NCBI RefSeq assembly: GCF_009831105.1
Contig: NZ_WUUQ01000003.1
Coordinates: 155,872-187,871 of the forward strand
Source of the DNA: Copranaerobaculum intestinale
GTDB lineage: Bacteria; Bacillota_I; Bacilli_A; Erysipelotrichales; Erysipelotrichaceae
Direction of reading: 5' to 3'
DNA length: 32,000 bases
Positions 16,522-24,860 of this stretch are shown one piece after another. The notes beneath the pieces are model-generated. The model was not told the origin of the DNA. It did no database searches and saw nothing but the letters and a program-made list of their open reading frames with translations. The number at the start of each line of letters is the position of its first letter. Position 1 is the first letter of the stretch. The position numbers and the translations under genes are program-made.

Positions 16522-17100
16522 TCATTTTTTCAGAAAGCGCAGATTTTTAATCAGCGGTGCGATATATACATATAACAGTGAAGCACAGATAATTGTTGTG
16601 ATCGCATTGATGAAGGTAGAGCCGGTTGACCATGCAGTCATGATCAAAGCAGCGTCACTTGGTATTCCCAATAGGAAATTCTTATAAAAGAAGGAGAAAA
16701 TGGGATCGAAAATAATATTGAACAGCATCGCTCCACTGGAAGCTAAAAGCGCCCATTTCAGCATATATTTTTTATCATCAGCGTGGTCATCAAGATGTCC
16801 CAATCGATGAGCGATAAAGCCGGCGATCACTCCGATCATCAATTTCATAATGATGGTTTTAGGAGCAGAAGTCGCATATCCACCAGTCAGATCGGCAATT
16901 CCCATGCCGATTGCACCAGCCGCACCACCGGCCGGTCCGCCGATTAACAACGCAGCCAGTACACAAAATGTATTGCCAAAGTGAATGGCGGTTTTACTGA
17001 CACCAATTGGTATATCAATCCGTAGGAATTGAAAACCGATATAACAAAGGGCAGCTAATAATGCCGTTGCACACATGACAGCAGTTTTGTTTCGTTTCAT
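16522..17100 (-). CDS. ECF-transporter substrate-specific (S) component, solitary. Possibly vitamin B6-related.
   Basis: 192 aa with about 6 TM helices and a Gly/Ala-rich helix (LLIGGPAGGAAGAIGMGIADL) typical of ECF S components. AGAGGTGA SD. No ecfA/ecfT genes nearby. The substrate is inferred only from the divergent PdxR-like regulator. Confidence 0.7.
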   Translation of the reverse strand: MKRNKTAVMCATALLAALCYIGFQFLRIDIPIGVSKTAIHFGNTFCVLAALLIGGPAGGAAGAIGMGIADLTGGYATSAPKTIIMKLMIGVIAGFIAHRLGHLDDHADDKKYMLKWALLASSGAMLFNIIFDPIFSFFYKNFLLGIPSDAALIMTAWSTGSTFINAITTIICASLLYVYIAPLIKNLRFLKK

Positions 17101-17128
17101 TCTATCACCTCTTAAAGCTATTCTATCA

Positions 17129-17179
17129 AAAAACTGGCTATTAAAAAATATCCAGTTTTATATTAAAATTAATATCCAG
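17129..17179. promoter_or_regulatory. Operator-like motif triplet in the divergent ECF-S / MocR intergenic region
   Basis: AATATCCAG occurs at 17147-17155 and 17171-17179 (perfect, 24-bp period). An inverted near-copy (AAAACTGGcTAtT versus the reverse complement AAAACTGGATATT) lies at 17129-17141. It abuts a minus-strand extended -10 (TGaTAGAAT, hexamer at 17120-17125), and a plus-strand TGtTATACT lies at 17184-17192. Confidence 0.5.
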
Positions 17180-17207
17180 ATTATGTTATACTGATTTTGG
17201 TGATTTG

Positions 17208-18572
17208 ATGAATTTGACAGCACTGCATTTGATGAAACAAAAACAGCTCCCATTATATCAGCAGATTTATGAATCCATTCGAAAGGATATATTAGACGGC
17301 TTTATCCATCCCGGGGATCGGCTTCCTTCACTTAGAGATGCCGCCGAGCAGCTGAAGGTCAGTCGTACGTCTATTGAACGGGCTTATGAACAGCTTCAGC
17401 TTGAAGGCTTTTTGCAGGCTTCACCAAAACGCGGGTACTTTGTTTCCGTTACGGAAGATGATATCCGGATCCGCCGCAGAATTCTGACCCCACCTTCAAA
17501 AACGGAATATCGTCCCAAATATGATTTTCGATCTTTAAGTGTTGATGTGCAGAATTTTGACAGTGTAATTTGGAAACGTTATATGCGAGATATTCTGGAA
17601 CAGCAAAAGACCATCTATTCTTATGGCAGTGTGGAAGGAGAGTGGGAACTGCGTACTGCGCTTCAGCAATATCTTTATTCCAACTGCGGGGTGATTGCCG
17701 ATATTGAACAGATTCTAATCGGAGCGAGCTTTCAAACCCTGCTGAGTTTGATCTGCGGCATGCTGGAGAAATCAGCTGTTATCGGTATGGAAAAGAACAG
17801 TTTTTTGAAAGCACAGCAGATTTTCCAAGATTATCATTTTCCGGTCATATGCCTTGATTTTCATAATGAAGCAGAATTGCTTGAACAGCTGCGCAGCAAT
17901 CATATTACATTGTTTTATTGTCACAGCGCTTCATTTGGTGAAACAAAAGCGCCGATCTCAGAAGCATACCGCAATGTTTTGTTGACATGGGCCGATCAGG
18001 AAGATACGTGGATTCTGGAAGATAATCACAATGGTGAGATTGCTGTTCGTACGCAGGTTCATAGCGCGATGCAGGGATTTGATCGGCATCATCGTATTCT
18101 TTATTTCGGATCCTTTTCAAAACTGCTGCTCCCTTCACTTCGCATTGCCTATATGGTAATACCTCCGTATTTTCTTGATAAGTTTAAAAAACGCCGTCAA
18201 TACTATAATGCATCAGCTTCGAAGATTGAACAGCTTGCCTTGGCCCGTTATATTTCTGATGGTCATCTGGAACGGCATGTCCGAAGACTGCGCCGGCAGT
18301 ATGAGAAGAAAAGCATTCTGATGGAAAAGCTGCTTCAGGAGTTTTTTTCGGATATTCCCTATCGGCTGAACCGGGCCGGCCTTTGTTATCATATATTTAC
18401 TGATCCAGCGTATTTTCCGCGGATTATACAGGAATGTCATAAAATCGATATGATTGTGAAATATGATGATACATCGATCATTCTCTCGTTTGCGGCTGTC
18501 GATGAAAAAACCATGCGCACGGCGATACCGCTGCTGCGAAAGCAATTCAACAAAGTGATTCATCAAACATAA
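17208..18572 (+). CDS. MocR/PdxR-like GntR-family regulator with a PLP-dependent aminotransferase-fold effector domain
   Basis: GntR winged HTH (LPSLRDAAEQLKVSRTSIERAYEQLQLEGF). A C-terminal ~330-aa fold-type I domain carries the SFSK putative PLP-lysine motif. A TTG at 17205 is also possible. Confidence 0.85.
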   Translation: MNLTALHLMKQKQLPLYQQIYESIRKDILDGFIHPGDRLPSLRDAAEQLKVSRTSIERAYEQLQLEGFLQASPKRGYFVSVTEDDIRIRRRILTPPSKTEYRPKYDFRSLSVDVQNFDSVIWKRYMRDILEQQKTIYSYGSVEGEWELRTALQQYLYSNCGVIADIEQILIGASFQTLLSLICGMLEKSAVIGMEKNSFLKAQQIFQDYHFPVICLDFHNEAELLEQLRSNHITLFYCHSASFGETKAPISEAYRNVLLTWADQEDTWILEDNHNGEIAVRTQVHSAMQGFDRHHRILYFGSFSKLLLPSLRIAYMVIPPYFLDKFKKRRQYYNASASKIEQLALARYISDGHLERHVRRLRRQYEKKSILMEKLLQEFFSDIPYRLNRAGLCYHIFTDPAYFPRIIQECHKIDMIVKYDDTSIILSFAAVDEKTMRTAIPLLRKQFNKVIHQT

Positions 18573-18590
18573 GATAGAGGGGCGTCTTGA

Positions 18591-18620
18591 TTGACGCTAT
18601 GGTTGGGTTTTTGTCATAAT
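18591..18620 (+). promoter_or_regulatory. Candidate sigma-A promoter of the ZIP transporter gene
   Basis: TTGACG (18591-18596), an 18-nt spacer, then TGtCATAAT (extended -10, hexamer 18615-18620). Confidence 0.45.
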
Positions 18621-18646
18621 ACCTACATCCGAAAGGAGGAGATTTT

Positions 18647-19444
18647 ATGAATTCTTTGCATCCGGCTGTACTGGCGATGATCGGTACCGGATTTACATTT
18701 TTAATGACAACCTTAGGAGCGGCTGTCGTATTCTTCTTCCGCGGGGAAATCAAAGCGAGCTATCAGCGCATATTCCTAGGTTTTGCGGCCGGAGTCATGA
18801 TTGCGGCGAGTGTATGGAGTCTATTGATCCCGGCTATTGATATGGCTGAAGAACAGGGCGTTACCGGTTGGATTCCGGCAGCCGGTGGTTTTATCTTAGG
18901 CGCGGCGTTTCTGCTGATCCTAGATCATCTGCTGCCGCATCTTCATCCTGGCAGTAAAGAGCCTGAGGGTCCTCATTCTTCACTGAAACGCACGACGATG
19001 CTGGTGTTTGCGGTCACCCTTCATAATATCCCGGAGGGCATGGCGGTAGGATTATCCTTCGCATTATCGGCTGCTAGCGGTTCTGGTGTAGGGCTTGCGG
19101 CTGCGGTAGCTCTGGCAATTGGAATCGGATTGCAGAACTTTCCCGAAGGTGCAGCGATTTCACTGCCGCTGAAACAGGAGGGACTCAGCAATTGGCGTTC
19201 GTTTATTTACGGTTCTTTATCTGGAATTGTCGAACCGATCTTCGGAGTGCTGACGGTATTTGTAGTCGGCGGGATATCTCCAATCATGCCATGGCTGCTT
19301 GCTTTTGCGGCAGGTGCAATGATCTATGTCGTTGTCGAAGAACTGATACCGGAAGCACAGCTTGGTGAGCATTCGCACAGCGGTACGATCGGCGTCATGA
19401 CCGGATTTATCATTATGATGATCTTGGATGTTGCTTTGGGCTGA
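18647..19444 (+). CDS. ZIP-family divalent metal (zinc) transporter
   Basis: Multi-TM protein with the paired motifs HNIPEGMAVG and QNFPEGAAIS typical of ZupT/ZIP transporters. GAAAGGAGGAG SD. Confidence 0.85.
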   Translation: MNSLHPAVLAMIGTGFTFLMTTLGAAVVFFFRGEIKASYQRIFLGFAAGVMIAASVWSLLIPAIDMAEEQGVTGWIPAAGGFILGAAFLLILDHLLPHLHPGSKEPEGPHSSLKRTTMLVFAVTLHNIPEGMAVGLSFALSAASGSGVGLAAAVALAIGIGLQNFPEGAAISLPLKQEGLSNWRSFIYGSLSGIVEPIFGVLTVFVVGGISPIMPWLLAFAAGAMIYVVVEELIPEAQLGEHSHSGTIGVMTGFIIMMILDVALG

Positions 19445-19515
19445 TAGAAAAAACATTGAAAATTGTGTATACTGTAAAAAAGACACATATTCAATGTTTT
19501 TTTATGGAGGTCATC

Positions 19516-20463
19516 ATGAAAGATATACAAGTTACAGAAGTATTCGGCTTTCAGATCGGACAGGCAGAGGATGAAAAGGGCGGCAGCGGCTGTACTGTAA
19601 TTCTATGTCCGCAAGGAGCCTGTGCTGGAGTTGATGTGCGAGGCGGAGCACCGGCCACCCGTGAGACGGATTTACTTGATCCTATTAACATGGTAGAGCG
19701 AATTCACGCGGTTATGCTGAGCGGCGGCAGTGCTTATGGTTTGGATGCCGCAAGCGGAGCTATGCGATATCTGGAGGAACAAGGAATCGGTCATGACATG
19801 AACGTTGCGGTGGTTCCGATCGTCTGCGGCGCCAGTCTGTTTGATCTTAGTGTTGGCGATGCATCCTGTCGCCCTGATAAGGAAATGGGCTATCAGGCTT
19901 GTTTGAATAGTGAACAAAACCATTTTGAGGAAGGCTGCCATGGCGCGGGAACAGGAGCCAGCATCGGCAAAATTCTCGGATTTGAGAAAGCGATGAAGAG
20001 CGGGATAGGCGGTTATGGCGTACAGCTCGGCGATCTGCAGGTAGCGGCAATCGTAGCAGTAAATGCGTGCGGCGATATTTATGATCCGCATTTACATGAA
20101 ATCATCGGCGGACCCATGGTCAATCATCAGATTCTGCCTACCACTCAGGTGTTGAAGCAGGGTGTAGAAATGCCGCAGGGAAATACCACAATCGGCTGCA
20201 TTCTCACCAATGCAGTGCTGACAAAGGCGCAGGCAAAGAAAATCGCCGGAATCACGCATGACGGTTATGCGCGCGTGATTACTCCGGTACATACGATGTC
20301 GGATGGTGATACTGTATTCGTTATGGGATCACAGCAAGTGAAAGCAATGCCGGACATCGTCGGAGCGATCGCAGCTGAGGTTATGAGTGAAGCGATCCTA
20401 CGGGCGTTCAAATCGGCAAAAGCAGCTTACGGACTTCCCTGCTATCAGGATATTCGAGGATAA
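19516..20463 (+). CDS. P1/S58-family peptidase (DmpA-type L-aminopeptidase/Ntn hydrolase)
   Basis: GGSGCTVIL…GGAPATRETDLL…SGGSAYGLDAA…NTTIGCILTNA motifs. GGAGG SD ahead of ATG 19516. The upstream 20 codons of the ORF are rejected. Confidence 0.8.
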   Translation: MKDIQVTEVFGFQIGQAEDEKGGSGCTVILCPQGACAGVDVRGGAPATRETDLLDPINMVERIHAVMLSGGSAYGLDAASGAMRYLEEQGIGHDMNVAVVPIVCGASLFDLSVGDASCRPDKEMGYQACLNSEQNHFEEGCHGAGTGASIGKILGFEKAMKSGIGGYGVQLGDLQVAAIVAVNACGDIYDPHLHEIIGGPMVNHQILPTTQVLKQGVEMPQGNTTIGCILTNAVLTKAQAKKIAGITHDGYARVITPVHTMSDGDTVFVMGSQQVKAMPDIVGAIAAEVMSEAILRAFKSAKAAYGLPCYQDIRG

Positions 20464-20491
20464 AACGACTTGTAAAAAAATGAAAAAGTGA

Positions 20492-20520
20492 TTGAAATGT
20501 AATGGTGTTTTTGGTATTAT
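20492..20520 (+). promoter_or_regulatory. Dedicated promoter of tRNA-Arg(UCU)
   Basis: TTGAAA, a 17-nt spacer, then TGgTATTAT, ending 11 nt before the tRNA 5' end. Confidence 0.55.
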
Positions 20521-20531
20521 AAACGTACCAT

Positions 20532-20608
20532 GTCCACGTAGCTCAGCTGGATAGAGCATACGCCTTCTAAGCGTACGGTCGCGGGTTCGACTCCCTCCGT
20601 GGACGCCA
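20532..20608 (+). tRNA. tRNA-Arg, anticodon TCT (UCU), CCA encoded
   Basis: Hand-folded cloverleaf: acceptor GTCCACG/CGTGGAC; D stem GCTC/GAGC; anticodon stem TACGC/GCGTA with loop CT-TCT-AA; T loop TTCGACT; discriminator G and CCA. The T stem has one C50·U64 mismatch. Confidence 0.9.
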
Positions 20609-20618
20609 TTAACAATTA

Positions 20619-20643
20619 AGTCCTTTAAATAAAGGACTTTTTT
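20619..20643 (+). terminator. Terminator of the tRNA-Arg(UCU) transcription unit
   Basis: AGTCCTTT-aaat-AAAGGACT followed by TTTTT. Confidence 0.7.
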
Positions 20644-21028
20644 ATGTCTTTTGTATATTAGCATACTTTGGGTATACATTTAAATCAAAGATATGATAAG
20701 TAAAGCATAAAAATAAATACATGATTTTATATGATCTATCTAAAAAATGCTCGATAACATATGTAAGCTGAATCATTCTATTTGTAAAATGAGAGCGCAT
20801 GTTTTATTGTTTGATAAATATATATGGTACTTCAAATTGCCGAGATGAATAAAGAATGGTAGTATAAATGCAGAAGTTTATGATCAGTCACATAGAGATA
20901 AAAGAATTAACAGAAAACAGCTCTATGAGATATCGTATTACGATTGTTTAAAGCGGTGATAACTGTATTGAAAAGAGCATATAAAGGCTGAAGGATTCAA
21001 AAAATAAAAGAAAAGGAGTAAACAGAGT

Positions 21029-21454
21029 ATGAATATACGGGTAAAGACACAAGATAATAAGGCAGATTGGGAAATGATCCGAATTAAAGTATTTATGGAG
21101 GAGCAAGGCTTTCAAACCGAATTTGATGATATTGATGAAATAGCGACACATTTGACAATTTATGAAGATAACAAGCCGGTGGCTTGTGCCCGTCTGTATC
21201 CTGATCCAGAGCATAAGGGATGGTGTGAATTTGGCCGTATTGCCGTGCTGAAGGAAGCAAGAGGGCGCGGATATGGAAAGATGCTTGTTAGGGAATTAGA
21301 AAAGCAGGCAGTATTATAGAAGTATCCGGCAGCTTTTCTAAGCGCTCAATGCCATGCCTCAGGTATGTATGCGGAGCTTGGCTATGAGGAATGCGGCGAT
21401 ATTGTATATGATGAGCATGTGCCGCACATCGGCATGTCGAAAAAGCTCGGCTGA
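21029..21454 (+). pseudogene. GNAT-family N-acetyltransferase (YjcF-like) interrupted by an in-frame TAG at 21317-21319
   Basis: Codons 1-96 (…IRIKVFMEEQGF…GRIAVLKEARGRGYGKMLVRELEKQAVL*) continue in the same frame as KYPAAFLSAQCHASGMYAELGYEECGDIVYDEHVPHIGMSKKLG*. That tail is the expected GNAT C-terminal beta-strand/helix. AAAGGAG SD. Confidence 0.7.
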
Positions 21455-21492
21455 AAGTTTCTGTAAATCCTTGAAAATATTGCAAAAAAGAC

Positions 21493-21521
21493 TTGCTATC
21501 ACTGTGAATGTTTGCTATTAT
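21493..21521 (+). promoter_or_regulatory. Dedicated promoter of tRNA-Arg(ACG)
   Basis: TTGCTA, a 17-nt spacer, then TGcTATTAT. A short GAGCAC…GTGCTt hairpin lies in the ~20-nt leader. Confidence 0.55.
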
Positions 21522-21547
21522 ATAGGAGCACTAGATGTGCTTCATAT

Positions 21548-21624
21548 GCGCCCATAGCTCAACTGGATAGAGCGTTTGACTACGGATCAAAAGGTTGCGG
21601 GTTCGATTCCTACTGGGCGCGCCA
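21548..21624 (+). tRNA. tRNA-Arg, anticodon ACG, CCA encoded
   Basis: Acceptor GCGCCCA/TGGGCGC; D stem GCTC/GAGC; anticodon stem TTTGA/TCAAA with loop CT-ACG-GA; T loop TTCGATT; discriminator G and CCA. The T stem has a G·U pair and a C50·A64 mismatch. Confidence 0.9.
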
Positions 21625-21679
21625 TATAAGAAATGATCGGATATCATCTTGATGTTCGATTTTTTTGTTGTGGTCAGAT

Positions 21680-21705
21680 AAAAAAACCGCCGGATTTTCC
21701 AGCGG
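21680..21705 (-). terminator. Terminator of the cotJ operon (minus strand)
   Basis: The reverse complement reads CCGCTGGA-aaa-TCCGGCGG followed by TTTTTTT. Confidence 0.65.
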
Positions 21706-21735
21706 CTGATAATTATTGATAGTGCATATTTGATG

Positions 21736-22329
21736 TTAATCGAAGGCTGGATTGTACCGATAATAATTATTGGGATTGAGATGTGTCTGTACATATGCCA
21801 GCGCTTCACCAAATCGCTGAAAATGAACAATTTCCCGTTCTCTTAAAAATACCAGCGGTTCAATCACATTTGGATCTTTTGCGGCTCGAATCAAATTGTC
21901 GTATGTGGTTCTTGCTTTTTGTTCAGCAGCCATATCCTCCATTAAATCGGTAATGGGATCACCTTTTGATTGGAAGTAAGCTGACGTAAAAGCAGCACCG
22001 CTGGCCGCCTGAGGCCAGATGCCAGTGGTATGGTCGACATAATAGGCAGAGAATCCCTCTTTCTCGATTTCCTCCATGCTGAGGTTTCTTGTAAGCTGAT
22101 ATACGATTGCTGATACCATTTCTAAATGGGCCAGTTCTTCAGTGCCGATATCTGTCAGCATGGCTTTGATTTGATCATAGGGCATTGCGTAACGCTGATT
22201 GAGGTAACGCATGGAAGCGCTTAATTCTCCATCAGGACCTCCGATCTGGGTAATCACTATTTTCGCGAAAGCAGGATCAGGAGTTTGAATATTTACTGGA
22301 AACTGCAGCTTTTTCTCATAGGTCCACAT
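21736..22329 (-). CDS. cotJC: Spore coat protein CotJC (manganese catalase-family ferritin-like protein)
   Basis: MWTYEKKLQFPV…GGPDGELSASMRYLNQRY…GTEELAHLEMV is diagnostic of CotJC. The ATG lies in TAAGATG, directly after the cotJB stop codon. The 11 upstream codons of the ORF are rejected. Confidence 0.85.
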   Translation of the reverse strand: MWTYEKKLQFPVNIQTPDPAFAKIVITQIGGPDGELSASMRYLNQRYAMPYDQIKAMLTDIGTEELAHLEMVSAIVYQLTRNLSMEEIEKEGFSAYYVDHTTGIWPQAASGAAFTSAYFQSKGDPITDLMEDMAAEQKARTTYDNLIRAAKDPNVIEPLVFLREREIVHFQRFGEALAYVQTHLNPNNYYRYNPAFD

Positions 22330-22330
22330 C

Positions 22331-22570
22331 TTAATCTTCTCCTTCCCATGGCCATTTGCCATGTATATAATCCCATTCGCTTCCTGAATTTGTTTTATTA
22401 GTCAATGGCCCGTACTGGTTTTCATACTGTCGGGTTAACTCCTGACTGCACGCCTGCATTTCGTTATAATAAGCGAGTGCCTGTTGATCATTGGGATGTG
22501 AATTTAAAAACAGTGCGGCTTCCTGCAAAGCGAAGTCGTATGACTGTAATTGATGCAGCATCTTATTCAT
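22331..22570 (-). CDS. cotJB: Spore coat protein CotJB
   Basis: 79 aa. LQSYDFALQEAALFLNSHPNDQQALAYYNE is the conserved CotJB helix pair. AAGGAGG SD. Confidence 0.8.
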   Translation of the reverse strand: MNKMLHQLQSYDFALQEAALFLNSHPNDQQALAYYNEMQACSQELTRQYENQYGPLTNKTNSGSEWDYIHGKWPWEGED

Positions 22571-22586
22571 GCTATCATTCCTCCTT

Positions 22587-22754
22587 TTATGGTTGAAACG
22601 GCTTATCTAAATCATAAAAAATAGTTCCCTGGCAGAAGCCGAGTTCCAGTGGCATTGGGGTGCTCCAGTGCTGCAATGGAACATAGGCCATACCAGGAAC
22701 CTGCTGCATATACACGGTTTCATCACATGGTTCATACAGTTCTTCATTGTTCAT
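22587..22754 (-). CDS. cotJA: Spore coat-associated protein CotJA (55 aa). Absent from the supplied ORF track because it is under 60 aa.
   Basis: Hand translation: MNNEELYEPCDETVYMQQVPGMAYVPLQHWSTPMPLELGFCQGTIFYDLDKPFQP. It contains the CotJA-like AYVP-Q…GT-F-L-KPF pattern. GGAGGT SD. The stop lies 14 nt before the cotJB start. Confidence 0.7.
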   Translation of the reverse strand: MNNEELYEPCDETVYMQQVPGMAYVPLQHWSTPMPLELGFCQGTIFYDLDKPFQP

Positions 22755-23170
22755 TTTCCATACCTCCTTCCTTTTTATCGTATTCCGGTTTGTACATGCC
22801 CATATAGATCAAATGATTGATATATATTGAAAAAAGTAATTTTCTAAACCGATCGGAAGGAATTGCTGGACATGAATCATGCATGTTGAATGCTGTGAAT
22901 ACTCAGGTTGAAATGATTATATAAAGTTTTCAGCATAAGCGGATTAGAAATTAAAGCTCTCATGTTATCAAACTGATTCACATAAGATTTTTTTGTTTCT
23001 TGTGAATATTTTCCATAAGTATTTTTTAATACTCATTCATTTTCATCGTTTTCAGCATATTCTATATAATATAAGAAGAATACCTGGTTAATCTTTGTAT
23101 AATTTCTAGTAAAATGATAGAAACTAGTGTATAATTTAAGTACTTTTGATTGAAACTGGAGGAATTTGAT

Positions 23171-24820
23171 ATGAACATGATTGAAAACAATTTAAAAGTG
23201 AGTATCAAGGCCGCCCTTAAGGAGGCCTACGGTCTGGAGGTGGAAGATAACTTTATCGTTATTGAGATTCCAAAGGATCAGGCACTGGGAGATTATTCGA
23301 CCAATGTCGCAATGCGTCTGGCAAAACAGCTGCATAACAACCCGCAGGTAATCGCACAGGAAATCATCACTAAGCTGATGGAAAGTGACAATGATCTGGA
23401 CGGAGCAGAAGTAGCCGGTCATGGTTTTATCAACTTCAGGATCAAAAAATCAAAAATCGCAAGTGTAATTAACGATGTTTTAAAAGCAGGGGATGAATAC
23501 GGTCATAATGACAGTGGTAAGAAGCTGCCGATCTTGGTTGAGTATGTGTCAGCTAATCCGACTGGTGATCTTCACCTTGGACATGCGCGCGGTGCAGCAT
23601 GGGGAGACGCTATTACACGTTTGCTGAATGCTTCCGGATATAACTGTCTGCGTGAGTTCTATGTGAATGATGCCGGGGTTCAAATTACAAAGCTCGGTGA
23701 ATCTCTGTTGGCTCGTTATTTACAGCTGTTTGGTATTGAAGCGAAACTGCCGGAGGATGGTTACCACGGTCAGGATGTTGCCGATATCGCCCAAATTGTA
23801 AAAGCAGAGCAGGGTGATAAATGGGTAAAGGTTGATGATGAAGACGCACGTCTGCAGTGGTTCCGTAAAGAAGGCATCCGTCTGGAACTTGAAAAAATGA
23901 AAAAAGATCTGGATTACTTCCGTGTTCACTTCGATTCTTGGATCAGTGAACAAGGTTTGTATGATTCCGGGGAAGTAGAAAAAGCCATTCAGAAAGTAAT
24001 CGATATGAATTTGACTTATGAGGAAGATGGCGCATTATGGTTCAAGACGACTGAGTTTGGTGACGATAAAGATCGAGTGCTGCGTAAGAATGACGGCAAT
24101 TACACATATCTGACCCCGGATATTGCCAATCATATCGATAAGATCAAGCGCGGGTATACTAAACTGGTCAACCTTTGGGGCGCTGATCACCATGGTTATA
24201 TCGCACGTATGAAAGCGGCTTTGACAGCCCTGGGCTATCCTAAGGATACCCTTGAGGTTGACATTATCCAGATGGTTCGTCTGGTTGAGGATGGCAAGGA
24301 AGTAAAAATGTCGAAGCGTACTGGCAATGCGATTACAATTCGTGAGCTGTGCGATGATATCGGTGTTGATGCGGCTCGTTATTTCTTCGTAGCCAGAGCG
24401 GTTGATACGCACTTGGATTTTGATTTAGGCCTTGCTAAAAAGAAATCAAATGACAATCCGGTCTATTATGCTCAGTACGCACATGCAAGAATGTGTTCCA
24501 TCATTCGTCAAGCTCCAGAGCTGAAGCATCTGGATGTCTACGATATGCTGACACACGAGAAGGAAGTTGCCCTGTTGAAGCAGATCAACGAATTTCCGGA
24601 TATGGTTGCTGATGCGGCGTTGACGCGTATGCCGAACAAGGTGTGCAATTATGTACAAAAATTGGCACAGCAGTTCCACAGCTTCTATAATGCCTGCAAA
24701 GTACTGGATCCTCAACAGCCGGAGTTATCTAATCAGCGGCTGGCTCTGTTGGAAGCAACAAAAATCACATTAAAGAACGCATTGGACCTGGTCGGTATTT
24801 CCGCACCGGAGAAAATGTAG
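23171..24820 (+). CDS. argS: Arginine--tRNA ligase
   Basis: Class I signature SANPTGDLHLGHARG, the MSKRTGN (KMSK-like) loop, and a C-terminal DALR anticodon-binding domain. GGAGGA SD ahead of ATG 23171. TAG stop. Confidence 0.92.
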   Translation: MNMIENNLKVSIKAALKEAYGLEVEDNFIVIEIPKDQALGDYSTNVAMRLAKQLHNNPQVIAQEIITKLMESDNDLDGAEVAGHGFINFRIKKSKIASVINDVLKAGDEYGHNDSGKKLPILVEYVSANPTGDLHLGHARGAAWGDAITRLLNASGYNCLREFYVNDAGVQITKLGESLLARYLQLFGIEAKLPEDGYHGQDVADIAQIVKAEQGDKWVKVDDEDARLQWFRKEGIRLELEKMKKDLDYFRVHFDSWISEQGLYDSGEVEKAIQKVIDMNLTYEEDGALWFKTTEFGDDKDRVLRKNDGNYTYLTPDIANHIDKIKRGYTKLVNLWGADHHGYIARMKAALTALGYPKDTLEVDIIQMVRLVEDGKEVKMSKRTGNAITIRELCDDIGVDAARYFFVARAVDTHLDFDLGLAKKKSNDNPVYYAQYAHARMCSIIRQAPELKHLDVYDMLTHEKEVALLKQINEFPDMVADAALTRMPNKVCNYVQKLAQQFHSFYNACKVLDPQQPELSNQRLALLEATKITLKNALDLVGISAPEKM

Positions 24821-24826
24821 TTTGAT

Positions 24827-24860
24827 AAGGAGATATCTTAAAGGGGAGATATCTCCTTTT
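24827..24860 (+). terminator. Rho-independent terminator of argS
   Basis: Perfect 12-bp stem AAGGAGATATCT / AGATATCTCCTT with an 8-nt loop, followed by T-rich sequence. Confidence 0.75.

Noticed and set aside
20398-20679. ORF 20398-20679(-) and ORF 21531-21830(-)
   Set aside because: Both are simply the reverse complements of the tRNA-Arg genes and their flanks.
21317-21319. The TAG in the GNAT gene as programmed recoding (pyrrolysine or suppression)
   Set aside because: argS in the same window terminates with TAG. There are no pyl genes, no suppressor tRNA and no obvious recoding signal here. A nonsense mutation or sequencing error is more parsimonious.
21354-21557. ORF 21354-21557(+) (67 aa)
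   Set aside because: It is out of frame over the conserved 3' part of the GNAT gene and runs through the tRNA-Arg(ACG) promoter. The in-frame continuation of the GNAT explains this DNA.
20532-21624. The GNAT between two tRNA genes as a TacT/AtaT-like tRNA-acetylating toxin, or the tRNAs as an island integration site
   Set aside because: The GNAT sequence is YjcF-like (the FMEEQGF motif). It has no adjacent small antitoxin gene. No integrase, attachment-site repeat or phage gene flanks either tRNA.
22755-23170. T-box riboswitch upstream of argS
   Set aside because: I scanned the 416-bp leader and found no T-box core (…GGTGGTACCGCG…-like), no specifier-loop architecture and no terminator/antiterminator pair. 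Only an AT-rich region with a TATAAT box at 23130-23135 is present.
24035-24715. Antisense ORFs within argS (24035-24412 and 24446-24715). The same class occurs in arcA/arcB/arcC/yfcC (for example 27294-27827, 177 aa, and 29787-30218, 143 aa).
   Set aside because: They lie opposite highly conserved, codon-biased genes. They span gene junctions, lack SDs and give low-complexity products.
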